A DNA stretch of 64,000 bases from NCBI RefSeq assembly GCF_006345805.1, contig NC_043009.1:30504001-30568000 (forward strand), written 5' to 3'. The position numbers and the translations under genes were made by a program. A model generated the notes under the pieces. The model was not told the origin of the DNA and did not search any database. It was given only the letters and a program-made list of their open reading frames with translations. Of this stretch, positions 1-12,317 are shown piece after piece; within the stretch, counting starts at the first letter, position 1; each line of letters opens with the position of its first letter. This DNA comes from Octopus sinensis (lineage: Eukaryota).

Positions 1-629
1 GTTCAGTGCTTTACTGCCAATTCGAGAATAATATTCCGTTTTTCCGTACGTATAATAATGATCAGGGTAATATCATTTGATATCATTAATGATTGCTGCA
101 AGAAGGAGAGGTTGAAACGAAGATGGGAAAGGGGGAAGTAGTTAAAAGATAATGTTTGTATAATTAATGTTTACACAATTACAAAATATCGCTGCAAATA
201 AATTGAGATAAAAGTAAGAGTTCTGCTTCCTAAATCTGCAAAGATGAATTACGTAAATATCAGAATGTCAATCCTCACCTTTGACTCTTGGCATATGCCG
301 GAAAGACATATACACACGGAGAAAGAGTTTATATATATGTGTGTGTGTGTGTGTCTGAATGTGTGCGCGCGTGTATGTGTATACAAATATGTGTATATCT
401 ATCAATGTATCATCACACACACACACACACATATATATATACCTATATATACAAACATATAAACATGTGAAGTGCGCGCATGTGTGTGTATCGATGTATA
501 ATTTATGCCACGTGCGCAGAACAGTGAGAATCGAAACAAAAACTTATATATTCATCTTCTACACGTCTTTTTGATTCTAGCGTCAATGCATGATCGCTAT
601 TTTGTTATCTCAAAACATCTCCGTTTGAT

Positions 630-858
630 CTGTGGTTCTCAACCATTTTTTACCCTTTGATTCCTGTTTTTACTCCTGTGGACCTGCATAGCCGTTTAAT
701 GTTTAGTAATTTTATCATAATTTTAAAATCAAACATCATCAGGAATTCAACCAAAATATTGATAGAATATTTAGTGTGCTGTAGAAGTATGACCAATTTA
801 TTGTGTAAATATTATATAGTACTCTATTGGTCATATGGCTCCTGGTTGGAAACTATTT
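630..858. mobile_element. Degenerate hAT/Charlie-type MITE
   Basis: Left end CTGTGGTTCTCAACC resembles the CAGTGGTTCTCAACC TIR of hAT-Charlie elements. A decayed right TIR (GGTTGGAAACTATT) lies at 844-857. No 8-bp TSD found. Confidence 0.35.
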
Positions 859-1514
859 TAAATGATGTGCGTTCATAACTAACACGATTCAATAGTATAA
901 AGTGATTTCGAGACACCAAATTGTTCCAACTATATTGTATGTCTCCTCAAAGCTACCCCTCCTGCTAGATGAATCCATGAAGATTACGCGTACTTTATTG
1001 AATTTACCAAACTTTTTGCTGAAAAGTGATGCCTGCCAAACAGATCATACTTCACAAAGGGCACATAGAACGGCGATGTTCCTAACAATATCGTATCTAT
1101 GAATTTTTCGAAGCTGTTTGTAGATATTAACGTGAATATCTAATCTCTGTTATTTTACGGTATTGGGAATAGATATCTTTGGAAGGGAAATTGTGTTCAC
1201 CATCGACACAAAAAAAAATGCATTATTCAGATATCCTTGTTCGATTCTGCCACGAAGTATTAAGAAAGAATAGACAGGTTATTACACACACGCATATATA
1301 TACATATATACAATATATATATAATAGATATACTGATATGCGTATATAATACATACTATATACTTACTCTAACTGTGCAGTTATGTCTCAAATATTAATT
1401 CCATTCCTTAAATAAATACTATGCTTCCCTTGTTCATAATTTCTAACACACACACACACACACAAATACACAAACGCATGTTTATATACAAACATATATA
1501 CTACACGTATACAC

Positions 1515-1655
1515 AAATATGTTCTTATCCTATTGGTCTCTTTTCGCTCAGATCGGGGCACGTGAACGCACAAACATAGGTTGTCAAGCGTTGGGAGGGG
1601 GACAAGCACAGACACACAAATACATACATGCATATATATATATATATAATATATA

Positions 1656-1719
<64 letters not shown>

Positions 1720-1892
1720 ATATTATATATATATATACATATATATACGACGGGCTTCTTTCAGTTTCCGTCTACTAAATCCAGTCACAAGGCTTTAGTC
1801 GGCTCGAGGCTATAGTAGAAACGCTATGGAACTGAACCGGGAGTAATGTGGTTGGTAAGCAAACTCCTTACCACACAGCTACTCCTGCACCT
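1515..1892 (-). mobile_element. tRNA-derived SINE, family A (internal (TA)n/(TG)n tract), partly deleted
   Basis: Reverse complement matches the family A copies at 10524, 31741 and 37931: head GTGGCTGTGTGGTAAG, then GAAACTGAAAGAAGCCCGTCGTA-(TA)n, then CTTGACAACC tail. Confidence 0.85.
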
Positions 1893-1920
1893 GTGTATGT
1901 ATATATATATATAGATACAC

Positions 1921-1995
<75 letters not shown>

Positions 1996-1996
1996 T

Positions 1997-2112
1997 GTGA
2001 CCGCCTGTGTACCGTTGGCGATTTTTTTCCTCCGTCTTCCCTTCCTTCCTGAGCGTCCAATAATACTATATTTGTTCCACGTCCTCGCGTTGTGTTTTCA
2101 TGTTTGGATTAA
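1997..2112 (+). mobile_element. Family D repeat (Penelope pLTR-like), hammerhead segment deleted
   Basis: Shares GTTGGCGATTTT..CGTCTTCCCTTC and CTTCCTGAGCGTCC..CCACGTCCTCGCGTTG with the 6790, 23570 and 28760 copies but lacks the part between two CTTCCCTTC direct repeats. Confidence 0.75.
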
Positions 2113-2115
2113 CTA

Positions 2116-2156
<41 letters not shown>

Positions 2157-2841
2157 ACTGTATGTGTGTATATATATATGTGTGTGTGTATGTATGCATG
2201 TATAATTATAAACGGAAAGCATTCCTAACAATTTACATTTAACTGTTAGATTTCGTTACATATTTACAGCTTCGATCTATATAGTTTTATTAGTGTTATA
2301 ATGTTCTTTTTTTTCATGAGAGAGAGAGAGAGTGTGTGTGTGTATGTGAGTGAGCGTGTGTATGCACATATTTTTATATATATATCATTATTTGAAAGAT
2401 TTTCATCTTATAACATATAAGAGGTTGTTTTAATCTTCGTAATGTAAATATTCTTCGGAGAATGATGAGATATTAAAAGCACCAAATCGATGTATTAATA
2501 GATGAACGAATACGATACCATAATTGTGTAGATCGAACAAGAACAACTTTCGATGAAATATTGGGTTGACTGAGGGAAATCAGTGTTGTACGAAGGTCAT
2601 TGAAATATTATCATAGCGATGATTGTAACGTGAATAGAGCTGCTGACGGGAATGATGGCTGGGGACGAAGTTCATGATTATGCTGATAATGAATGCGGAA
2701 AGTGATGAGTAAAATGATAAAGTCCGAAATAATAATGATGAGAAAGAGAGAAATAAATCTCAAATATCAGATTTATCGTATTGCCATCACGCTATGAATT
2801 TTCTTGTATGTGTGTGAGTGTGTAAAGTGCTGCATATATGC

Positions 2842-2934
<93 letters not shown>

Positions 2935-2952
2935 ACATATATATATATATAT

Positions 2953-2989
<37 letters not shown>

Positions 2990-3860
2990 CACACTTATAT
3001 ATAATACATGCATTTACGTATGCCTGGATATGCAGTTGTTTTGTGTACTCTTGCAGCAAATGTTTCGGTTTAATATACATTTCCCTCTTGTAATTTATTA
3101 CATTTTTTTAATTGATCAGATAACCTGCACCTTAACTGTATTTAAAAATTTTAACTGCACCGTTTTCTGTATATTTTTTTCCAAAACTATTCTGAATATC
3201 TTATCCATCTTATTATTGCTTTTTTTCCTGATTTCACTCCATGAAATACATTGAATAAATTATGATTTGTATTAAGATATATAGTCCCTATTATCTAACT
3301 ATCTAAACATTATACTTAAGCCATGCAATTCTCTTATTTTAAATATAATCTAAATAAGAAATATGCTGTGCTATTTTCCATGTTTTTTTTTCAATTCTCT
3401 ATTAAGAAAAAAATTATATCGTCTTTCGTTGATATTTTTTGTGTATATTACAGAATTTTTCTGTAGAATCTAGCAAAACCTTGGAATGAGATGGTGTATT
3501 AAATGCGTGCTAAAATCTGTGTAACTTTCGGATATATTTTATCAATGCTCAATTGTAAATTCTTTCAGCTGAGAGTGTAGTGAACCGATGTGAGAGCTAT
3601 CACATGGTCCCCTGACTTCTATAGAGAGTTCAAGATCAATTTGTCACCAAAAGCAGTTGACGAAAGCATGACCCGTTCGTGGGTAACAACTGGTTCTTTT
3701 GTCTGAGATAACTTTGCATACGGATCCATTATGTGAAGAATGATCTGGATGAGTGAAAAAACAAAGATTCATGGCAAATTCTTGATTGATTCGCGAGTAT
3801 ATCACAAGGAATTGCTGAAGCTAAGAGTTTGCATGTTTTGATTAATGAACGTCAAGACAA

Positions 3861-4040
3861 CCTTAGTTTAGGACGAATGTTGCTGTAATTTAGTTCCAGG
3901 AGACATCGTCTTCAGCTGGCTATACGACACGATCTGTGTCCTTATATTTTCGAAAATATAAAGACACAGATCGTGGCGTATAACCAGCTGGAGACGATTC
4001 TCCTGGGTCTAAATTACAGCAACATTCGTCCTAAACCAGG
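3861..4040. repeat. ~180-bp foldback palindrome (MITE-like)
   Basis: Arms 3866-3950 and 3953-4036 are reverse complements with about 7 differences in ~85 nt, centred on TTTTCGAAAA. Confidence 0.9.
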
Positions 4041-4689
4041 ACTGCCATGTTATGTTGGTAAACAATCTTTTCTACAAAGTACTGTTGCTGAATATCTCTC
4101 GTGGTGAGAATTTAAAATAGTAATTTTCTAAGTTAAGACAATCTTTATAAATTCCCGTTGTGTATCCAGAGACCTATAGCCAGCAGCGGTAAGGTTGGTA
4201 ATGATTAATTTAATCATTGATTAATCAGTGTGTAGAAGAATAGCGTATCCAACACTTCCATTGTGTGAGAGAACGGTACAGTAGAAAACAATACGGAATT
4301 TTGATCACTTCTTGTGGTATGATGAAAAAGTATGAGAGAAAGCAGTTCTGATTTCTGATTGTATCTTTGATAGGGGGATTGCAGGAAAAAAAGGCTATAT
4401 TATATTTTTGTGTGATTTTTGTGCATAAAAGGGACCTGCGGGGAATCCTGTTCCTTTTTATGCGTGTGTACCTTTAATTGATGCACTGCTGGGCAAACTC
4501 CAATTATAAGACAGACATAACAGCAGAAATACAAGACTCTTTATACTAAAATGCAATTTACATAAAACATTATTACTTACCTTTATTTTCTTCATCTTTT
4601 TCATCTTCATTTTACACTTATTTTGTTACCTTTCTTCTGCAACCTGTCATATAGTCACACACATACGCTCGCTTACACATCATTCATCA

Positions 4690-5727
4690 TCATTGTTCGA
4701 CCGTGGTCGAGACAATGGAATTTACTATGTTGCGTAAGACTTCACTGTCCATCATAGCATTACGGAGTTCCTGTTGCTGGATGCCTGTATCCCTGGAGAT
4801 TACATCAGGGTAGGAGAGTGTGCGCCCTCTGGTGTTGCTAGTAGATGGCTTCCAGAGGAGAAGAGTAGAAATTACTTCTTTTTCAGCTCTACAACAATGT
4901 CCAGCAAACTGGACTCTCCTACCTTTCACAAGAGATGACATAGGTGGTAATTTCCCATATATTTGCATTTTGGTTGGATGGCGCCTCCACGAGAGATTTT
5001 GAGCTCTCATAAGGAGGCGAGTGTAGGTTCCATCCAACCGCCTCTCAAGCTTCTTTGATAACGTCCAGGTTTCTGAGCCATATAGTAGGATTGGTTCGAC
5101 TGTGGCTTTGAATATTTCAAGTTTGAAGTCTCTATTTAGATTTGATGACCAGATCTTATGCATGTCATTACAGGCTGACCAGGCCATACCCTTTCTAGTT
5201 AGAAAGTCTTTTTCAGATGATGATATGTATGACCCAAGATATTTATAATCAGAAACCATATTTAAAGGCTCACTGTTGAGAGTGTGGATGATGCAATCAC
5301 TGTTGGACAGGCACTTGTTTATGTATTCAGTTTTGGCCTCATTGAGGTAAAGACCTACACAATTTGAGGCTTGTTCAAGAAAGTGTAAAAGAGACTGGGC
5401 ATTGGAGAGAGAATCACTGATAAGAGCGATGTCGTCAGCAAAGTCAGTGTCTGTCAAGTACTCAGCTGGGTGTCTGGAACTTCTTCTTGGTTTTATTTCA
5501 AAGCCCTTGCCAGAGATGGTATCAACTGACATACGTAGCACATAATGAACAACAATGATGAAAAGAAATGGGGCGAGTGTGTCTCCCTGCAGTATTCCGG
5601 CTTCGATTGAGAAAGATGATGTTTCTCCATCAGGGGTTAAGATGGTTGAAGACGTATCTGTGTAGAGGACCTTGATGGCAGAAATAATTTTGTCTGGTAT
5701 CCCATAGAGCTTAAGGATTTCAAACAT
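4690..5727 (-). pseudogene. RTE reverse transcriptase C-terminal 345-aa reading frame (no internal stops)
   Basis: Open frame with QGDTL and FADD catalytic motifs. It is cut off from the N-terminal RT part by the repeat at 5728-5780. Confidence 0.9.
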
Positions 5728-5780
5728 ATTGTACCTATCTACAGAATTGTACCTATCTACAGATTGTACCTATCTACAAA
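5728..5780. repeat. 3x 17-18-nt tandem repeat (ATTGTACCTATCTACAGA) inside the RT gene
   Basis: Copies at 5728-5745, 5746-5762 and 5763-5780. Confidence 0.95.
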
Positions 5781-6289
5781 TACCATTGCAAGATCGCGAT
5801 TAAATGCTTTTGATTCTTCAATAAGTCTGCGCAGGCATAGTATCTGGCTCAGCGTTGAGCGCCCATGTCTGAATCCATTTTGGTTCTTTCGGAGCAAAGG
5901 TTCAACAAAAAGGACAAGACGATTTAGGATCAGTTTGTTGTACAGTTTTGCAGCAATTGACATTAGAGATATGCCCCTGTAGTTGGTGACGAGGGACAAA
6001 TCGCCTTTTTGGGGTATTGGAATGATTTGAGATTGGCGCCAAATCTTTGGAGCGACAAAGGTGGAAAGTGTGTGGTTGCAGAGGTTGAGCAAAAGTGTGT
6101 GAAATCTATCATCCTTCCAAATCACATACACATAACACGCAAACACACACATACACACACACGCACATATATGTTTGCTGATATATACATTGTATGCGAA
6201 TATATATATATATATATACACAAATGCGCAAACATTTTATACGAATATGAGTATGTATGTGTATATATACATATGTGTATGTGTGTGTG

Positions 6290-6326
<37 letters not shown>

Positions 6327-6599
6327 ATCTTCACCCTAAACCCACACCCCACCCTCACATCCCTACCACCATACACCTTCTCACACTAGCACTAACCACT
6401 TTCCAACACCCACTCTATTATCCACATATTAAAGACGCACACGCGCACATCCCTTTCCACACTTACTCTCACATACACACGCGCACCTTCATTTTGGGAC
6501 CACAAGTACTTTATTATTTTCCCTTCTTCCTACCTCTCCTGTCTAATCACCTTTGTCCAACCAGTCGCCTTTATTGACCGCTAACTCCAAAAATTTTCA

Positions 6600-6760
6600 C
6601 TATTCTCGTTCTGTTTTCTATTCTCCCCTTGTTTTTTTTCCTCGGAAGAGCGTAGGCTCGAAATGTAAAAGATTTTCTCACATTCCCGAGCATCAAACTA
6701 ATAAACCTGCTAGTTGTTTATACACCTATTTTCGTCTTTTGTTTTTCTGAAAAGTTCAAC
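6600..6760 (+). mobile_element. Penelope pLTR-like fragment with decayed hammerhead motif
   Basis: GAGC-GTAG-GCTC hairpin followed by GAAA-TGT-A, but the upstream core reads CCTCGGA instead of CTGANGA. A similar relic lies at ~58970-59010. Confidence 0.4.
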
Positions 6761-6789
6761 TATATATATATGCATTTCAAAATGTAACC

Positions 6790-6975
6790 ACGTGTGAATA
6801 GTTGGCGATTTTCTTCCCCCGTCTTCCCTTCTTTTGGACTTACCTCTTTTTCTGAAGAAGAGCTTTGCTCGAAACGTTAAGTCCTTTTCTTTCCTTTCCT
6901 GAGCGTCTGATAATACATTACTTGTACCACGTCCTCGCGTTGTTGTTTTTTCATGTTTGTTCTTTGTTTGGATTC
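6790..6975 (+). mobile_element. Family D repeat (Penelope pLTR-like) containing a minimal hammerhead
   Basis: Homologous to the 1997, 23570 and 28760 copies. Confidence 0.8.
6848..6882 (+). ncRNA. Minimal type I hammerhead ribozyme motif (weak stem I)
   Basis: TTTT-CTGAAGA-A-GAGC(TTT)GCTC-GAAA-CGT-T-AAGT. Core intact, stem III is the ACGT palindrome, stem I has only ~3 pairs. Confidence 0.55.
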
Positions 6976-9046
6976 ACTATATATGAATATATTTATATAT
7001 GTGTGTGCATGTTTGTGTGTGTGTGTGTGTGTGTGCTCCCATGTATGTATGTATGACATATATGTAATCCATTCGACGATAAGTCATACTTTATATATTT
7101 TATTTGATATTATGCGATGATATTCAGGTCTTCAGCAACTACATTAATATGTCAAAATTGAGTTCACATAAATAACGTACAAATATTTAAGGTCAAAAGG
7201 AAATGATCAATCTCACACTTTGGAGTCTCGTTCTTAGTCTAATAACGGTAAAATTGTTTTAGAATATTCCCTCTTGAAGAGATACCTACTGGCGATACGA
7301 AAGAACTTCCAACATTGCGATTGATATAGAAGAGCTTGCAAAACGTTGTAGTCTGTGTGCGGGGCAAAATGTTTCAGATGTTTTTTTCGCCTTTGTTTAA
7401 ACTCTTTGAGGAACATCGATTTATGGAATAGATGTTTCCCTTGCTGACCATTGTTGCTTTCTCCAGACTATGATATCGTATTGATTTAATTTCATTTACA
7501 ATGTTTAGGTCGGCTAAGGTTGTTGTTCGAGGTAGTTGAAACCACGTTGTGTACACTGGAATCACACCTGAATCAAATATTTTCATCACATTGTCGTCAT
7601 TCGTGAGTCTAAATTTTCCAATAACATAGGATCAGAAAACTGTACAAAATGGGACCAGTCCAGCGTTATTAGTCAGATTTTTGTTGGGAGAAAAATATAT
7701 ACAGTTCACATTTAGACAGTTGAAAGGAATAAAAGTTGTTACAGATTCAGAACAGGACGGATGAGACAATTACTATGAAACGTTGATGAGATTTTTAATT
7801 ATAATAATTCATGATCAATATAATATATTAATTGATAATTATGCCAATAATTCTAAGATTATTTTAATTATTTTAGGATTATTATAAGTTTACACTAATT
7901 ATTCTAAAATGTTTCTGTTGGGACATACATTTCTAAATTTTGCGTATAACATCATAAACAGTTTAGGCGTTGGAGCAAACTCTTAGATAATTAAATAAGA
8001 GAAAGTGTAAAAGTTTCCTGTTATTCTCTTTCTGTGACACGCTGCATCTGCTCTAATACACAACGACACACATGAATCTCTCTCATATAACCACTCATAG
8101 ATACGCACAAAATCGGTGGTTTTGATATTTTCCTTTCCGCATTCCTACAATGATCACAAATTAGTATTGCTTTCGATTAATCAGCATTCCAAATATTTTA
8201 ATTGAGATAATCCATCATCAATATAATGAGCTAGTGTTCTCAGATCATTAGAACATTTCAAAGTCCATTGAATGACATAAAAATCTTTTCTACTTTTTTT
8301 TAATCCTAGACGCCAACGATAAATTCATAATCTGTAGTGATAATCAAAGGAATTATTAATATTGCATCTTTATTATGATACATAATGGCCCAGGTAAATG
8401 AACAGCATTACTTTTATATACAAACGTGGCGTGATATTCTTCTCTTTTTTGTCTTTAATATCTTCTATAATTGACAAATTGCATTATGAATTTCCAAAAC
8501 TGTTTTGTGTTCATCAAGAGCTAAAACGTTACCACGCTCAATTCATCAATATGCATATATTGTATATTATTATCATTATCGTGGTGTCATTCACCGTTCC
8601 ATGCCATCTACAAAGAGATGGCGAGGGAGTGATAACTCAAGTGAGTTTCCATTCAAATTGTCATCGTTTCTAGTCAGATCGAGGTTCTATTCTCAACTGT
8701 ATGCTGCTCTTCGTAAAAAGGATTCTATTATTTTTGTGATCCTTTTATAGCCAAACTCGGTAGAGTACGCCGCATTAGGTATATTCTATCGTAGCGTCAG
8801 CAAAAATCTCCAGCAAGACTAAAAAGTGTTCCAGCCTCCTTGAGACATCTCCGCTTACCCGTTTTTCTACGTAATTGGGTGGAATGATCACCGAATCAAG
8901 AATCTAATAGAAGAGTAAAATAAGCGATTTAGACCGAGAGGAGCGAGAGAGTGACGGAAGAGGTAACAACAGAAACTGCCACAACGCCACGCACATAGGT
9001 ATTGTTTATATCTTAATCTTTTGCTACTTTCTGTCATAATACTGTG

Positions 9047-9320
9047 GTCATGCTTGTGCACCGCCTTGAAGAATTTTTAGTCGAATACGACGACCCTAGT
9101 ACTTACATTTTATAAAGCATAGTACTTATTTTATCGGGTTTGTTTTGCTGAACTGCTAAGTTAGGGCACTAAACCTGCCAACACCGTTTGTCAAGCGCTG
9201 GTGGGGGAGCAACTACAAAGACACACAAACACATATACACGATGAGTTTCTTTCGGCTTCCGTCTACCATGACCCACAATGCTTTGGTCGGCTTGAAGCT
9301 ATAGTTCAAGAAACTCTTGG
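9047..9320 (-). mobile_element. SINE family A, diverged 3' two-thirds
   Basis: Reverse-complement similarity to the family A tail (TTGACAAAC, CCGATAAAATAAGTACT, GCGGTGC..AGCATG). Confidence 0.75.
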
Positions 9321-9463
9321 AATCATGATAGATGCAAAAAGATTCTAAGAATATAAACGATACTTTTACGGTCACATTAAATCTCACAAATACATTAAAC
9401 CATCACACATTCTGCGTGTACATACACAACCACTTCTTTCAATACACACACACGCGCATATAT

Positions 9464-9657
9464 ATAGGCATAAGGCCCGACATTTTCGATAAGGGGAGCC
9501 AGTCGATTTGATTGACCCCAACACGCAACTGATACTTAATTTATCGACCTCGAAAGACAAAGTCGACTTCGGCGGAATTTGGACTCAGAATGTGATGACA
9601 GACGAAATACCGCTAAGCATTTAGCCCGGCATGCTAACGTTTTTGCCAACTTGCCGC

Positions 9658-9660
<3 letters not shown>
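9464..9660 (-). mobile_element. tRNA-derived SINE, family B
   Basis: Reverse complement reads GGCGGCAAGTTGGCAAAAACGTTAGCATGCC..TGAGTCCAAATTCCGCCGAAGTCGACTTTG..GTCGATAAATTAAG, with A/B-box-like motifs. Confidence 0.85.
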
Positions 9661-9729
<69 letters not shown>

Positions 9730-10452
9730 TTCGTGTAGTTGTTAACATGTATGTAGAATACCAAACAATAAAAATAGATTTAGGTCCTTTAAAACCATTC
9801 AAATACCTGAAGACATCAAACATATTGATGTATCATTTGGTATTACCAGCAATTGATATCAAAATAAACACAATGAGGATTATTGAGATAGCATCTTGAA
9901 TATCGAAACAACACAGCTCTAAATTGATAAGCGAATAGTAATTGTAAATAGCTAACGGTTTCACAGCTTCTCAGTTTTGAAGTATGTCCATCATAATTGC
10001 TAGCTTACTCTTCAAATATATTAATACGATACTGTACAAGTACGACATTTTGTTCTGCTCCCAGCTACCCTAATCAGCTACATTATATTTAAGTTGTTAA
10101 ATTATTCCAATACAATGATTCTTTAAAAAAATATTTAAAAGCTTTCCATGTTTTTCTGTTATTATTTTCGTGTTTTTTTTATTTATTTTTTGTATTTTTG
10201 AAATTCTATTTTCATATATTTTGTATTCTATCTTCCATTTAAAAATTTTATTTAAATCTTGTTTTTATCGTTGCTATTTATTCTTCTAATTCTCCTTCCC
10301 TCGTGCTTCTTCTCCTCTTTCATCAGCATCCCCATCGGTTTCGACGTCATCATCATCATCAATATCATTATCACAGTCTTTTACTGCTTGTTCTTCTCTT
10401 TCACCTTCTATTCTTCTCCTCCTCACTTCTCGTCTGCTCCTCCACCTTTCTG

Positions 10453-10484
<32 letters not shown>

Positions 10485-10523
10485 TTACTCTTCCTTCTTC
10501 AGTATTGCTGATACTATTTTTAT

Positions 10524-10695
10524 AGGCGTATGAGTGGCTGTGTGGTAAGTTGCTTCCTTACCAACCACGTGGTGTCCATGGTGTCCCACTCCATGACACC
10601 TTGGGCAAGTGTCTTCTACTATAGCCTCGGGCCGACCAAAACCTTGTGAGTGGACTTGATAGGCAGAAACTGAAAGAAGCTCATCGTAAATGTAT

Positions 10696-10727
<32 letters not shown>

Positions 10728-10933
10728 TTGTGTGTCTGTTTTTGTCCCCCAACATCGTTTGACAACCGATTCTGGTGTGTTTATGTCCCCTTAACTTAGC
10801 GGTTCGTCAAAAGACAGCGATAGAATAAGTATTAGGCTTACAAAGAATAAGTCCTAGGGTCGATTTGTTTGACTAAAAGCGGTGCTCCAGCATGGCTGCA
10901 GTCAAATGACTGAAATGAATGAAATAAAAAAAG
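10524..10933 (+). mobile_element. SINE family A, full length
   Basis: tRNA-like head, CCTTGGGCAAGTGTCTTCTAC core, internal (TA)n, and CAGTCAAATGACTGAAA 3' end with A-rich tail. Confidence 0.9.
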
Positions 10934-11122
10934 AACATCGCATTCCACTCATGACACTCCCGTATGATTTTATGATGCGGGATGACAACTTAAAAATATC
11001 TAATATTTATATTCCTAAAACAGTATTATGTGATTTGAAAGAGAGGCTCAGCCTATTCTGCGTTAAGGATTCACTAATTTTGCAGTTGTTGCTGTTCAAA
11101 TTGAAGTCAATCTCTATTCAGC

Positions 11123-11156
<34 letters not shown>

Positions 11157-11344
11157 GAAAGAATGGAGTCGAACGACGATTTAACAAAATTCCTTTATTC
11201 TCGACATATGTTTCGAAGACTGCATATTCTTAATTCCGAAGGAATAAAGGGTATCGGTTAACCGAATTATCCATACTAGGATAATTGATTCAACTACTCA
11301 AATATTCTTATATATATATATATATTATATATATTATATATATT

Positions 11345-11431
<87 letters not shown>

Positions 11432-12267
11432 AGTCCAAAGTGTACGTATGCCGCTCTATGTATATAAAAATGAATTCAAGAAATGGGACAAGAAAGCAAC
11501 AGGCGACAACAAGACATCCGGACAATTAGATGATACAAAAATGGACAAGAAAATCAAGGACGGGTCATTCGGAGTTTTCTTTCGTCTGTCGAGTTCCAGA
11601 TTATCTTTACAATTTCAGCTGGTTATACTCGAGACTGCTCCAATCTGGCCAGCCCCAAGAAATGTCTAAGCTAAGAGCACTAGATTCCTTAAAAGATAGC
11701 AGCTAATGTATACGAAAACAAGGACGGATATATATACACACATACACAGAGGGAGAGAGAATGAGAAAGATATACATACGTACATATATATATATATACA
11801 TATACACACAATTATTATCTAAAACTGTTTGCCTGGACCCATAAAACTTAGTTTCTTTGGCACGTTACTGGGGCTGAGCTGGTCGTCTGCCTGAAACTGG
11901 CACATTAAGTTCTTGTATCTAACCTACGAAACTTTAATTTGCATGAGGACGAGTAAAACAGCTATGAATTATAATGTATGTAATTCCAACGAAATATGTT
12001 GATCACCTATTTTTCAATCGTGCGCACTGGGATTCTTAGATCTAAGGATATGCGATATTTCAGCTACGCATAACTTTGCCTTTTAGATCCATTAACATAT
12101 AGATTCAAATTTTCTATGGTTTTTCCACATTCCACATGATTGGAGTTGGTCGTCAAGCCCTAAGCGTGGCTAGCCAACTTAGCGGATTCTATTTTTGTCC
12201 ATGTGTCAGAAAGAAGATAGATGGTTAGCATAGCGACTTTTGAAGTTGTCTTCGTGTTTTCTGATAC

Positions 12268-12317
<50 letters not shown>

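Larger units (their letters stand above)
4678..6115 (-). mobile_element. RTE-clade LINE, 5'-truncated, RT domain to 3' end
   Basis: ORFs 5757-~6110 and 4690-5727 give RT motifs IPIPQKGDLSLVTNYRGISL, QNGFRHGRST, LQGDTLAPFLF, FADDIAL, YKYLGS and ILLYGSETWTL. The stop is followed directly by a TGATGATGAATGATG tail, typical of RTE. Confidence 0.95.

Noticed and set aside
4040-4500. RNase H-like relic on the minus strand (VLSHNGSVGYAILL..TNLTAAGY)
   Set aside because: The resemblance is faint, the catalytic DGS is absent and stops are frequent. It cannot be supported without a search.
10524-10600. tRNA genes at SINE heads (also 20234 and 61780)
   Set aside because: A/B boxes are present, but there is no complete cloverleaf or acceptor stem and each continues into a repeat body. 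They are SINE heads, not tRNA genes.
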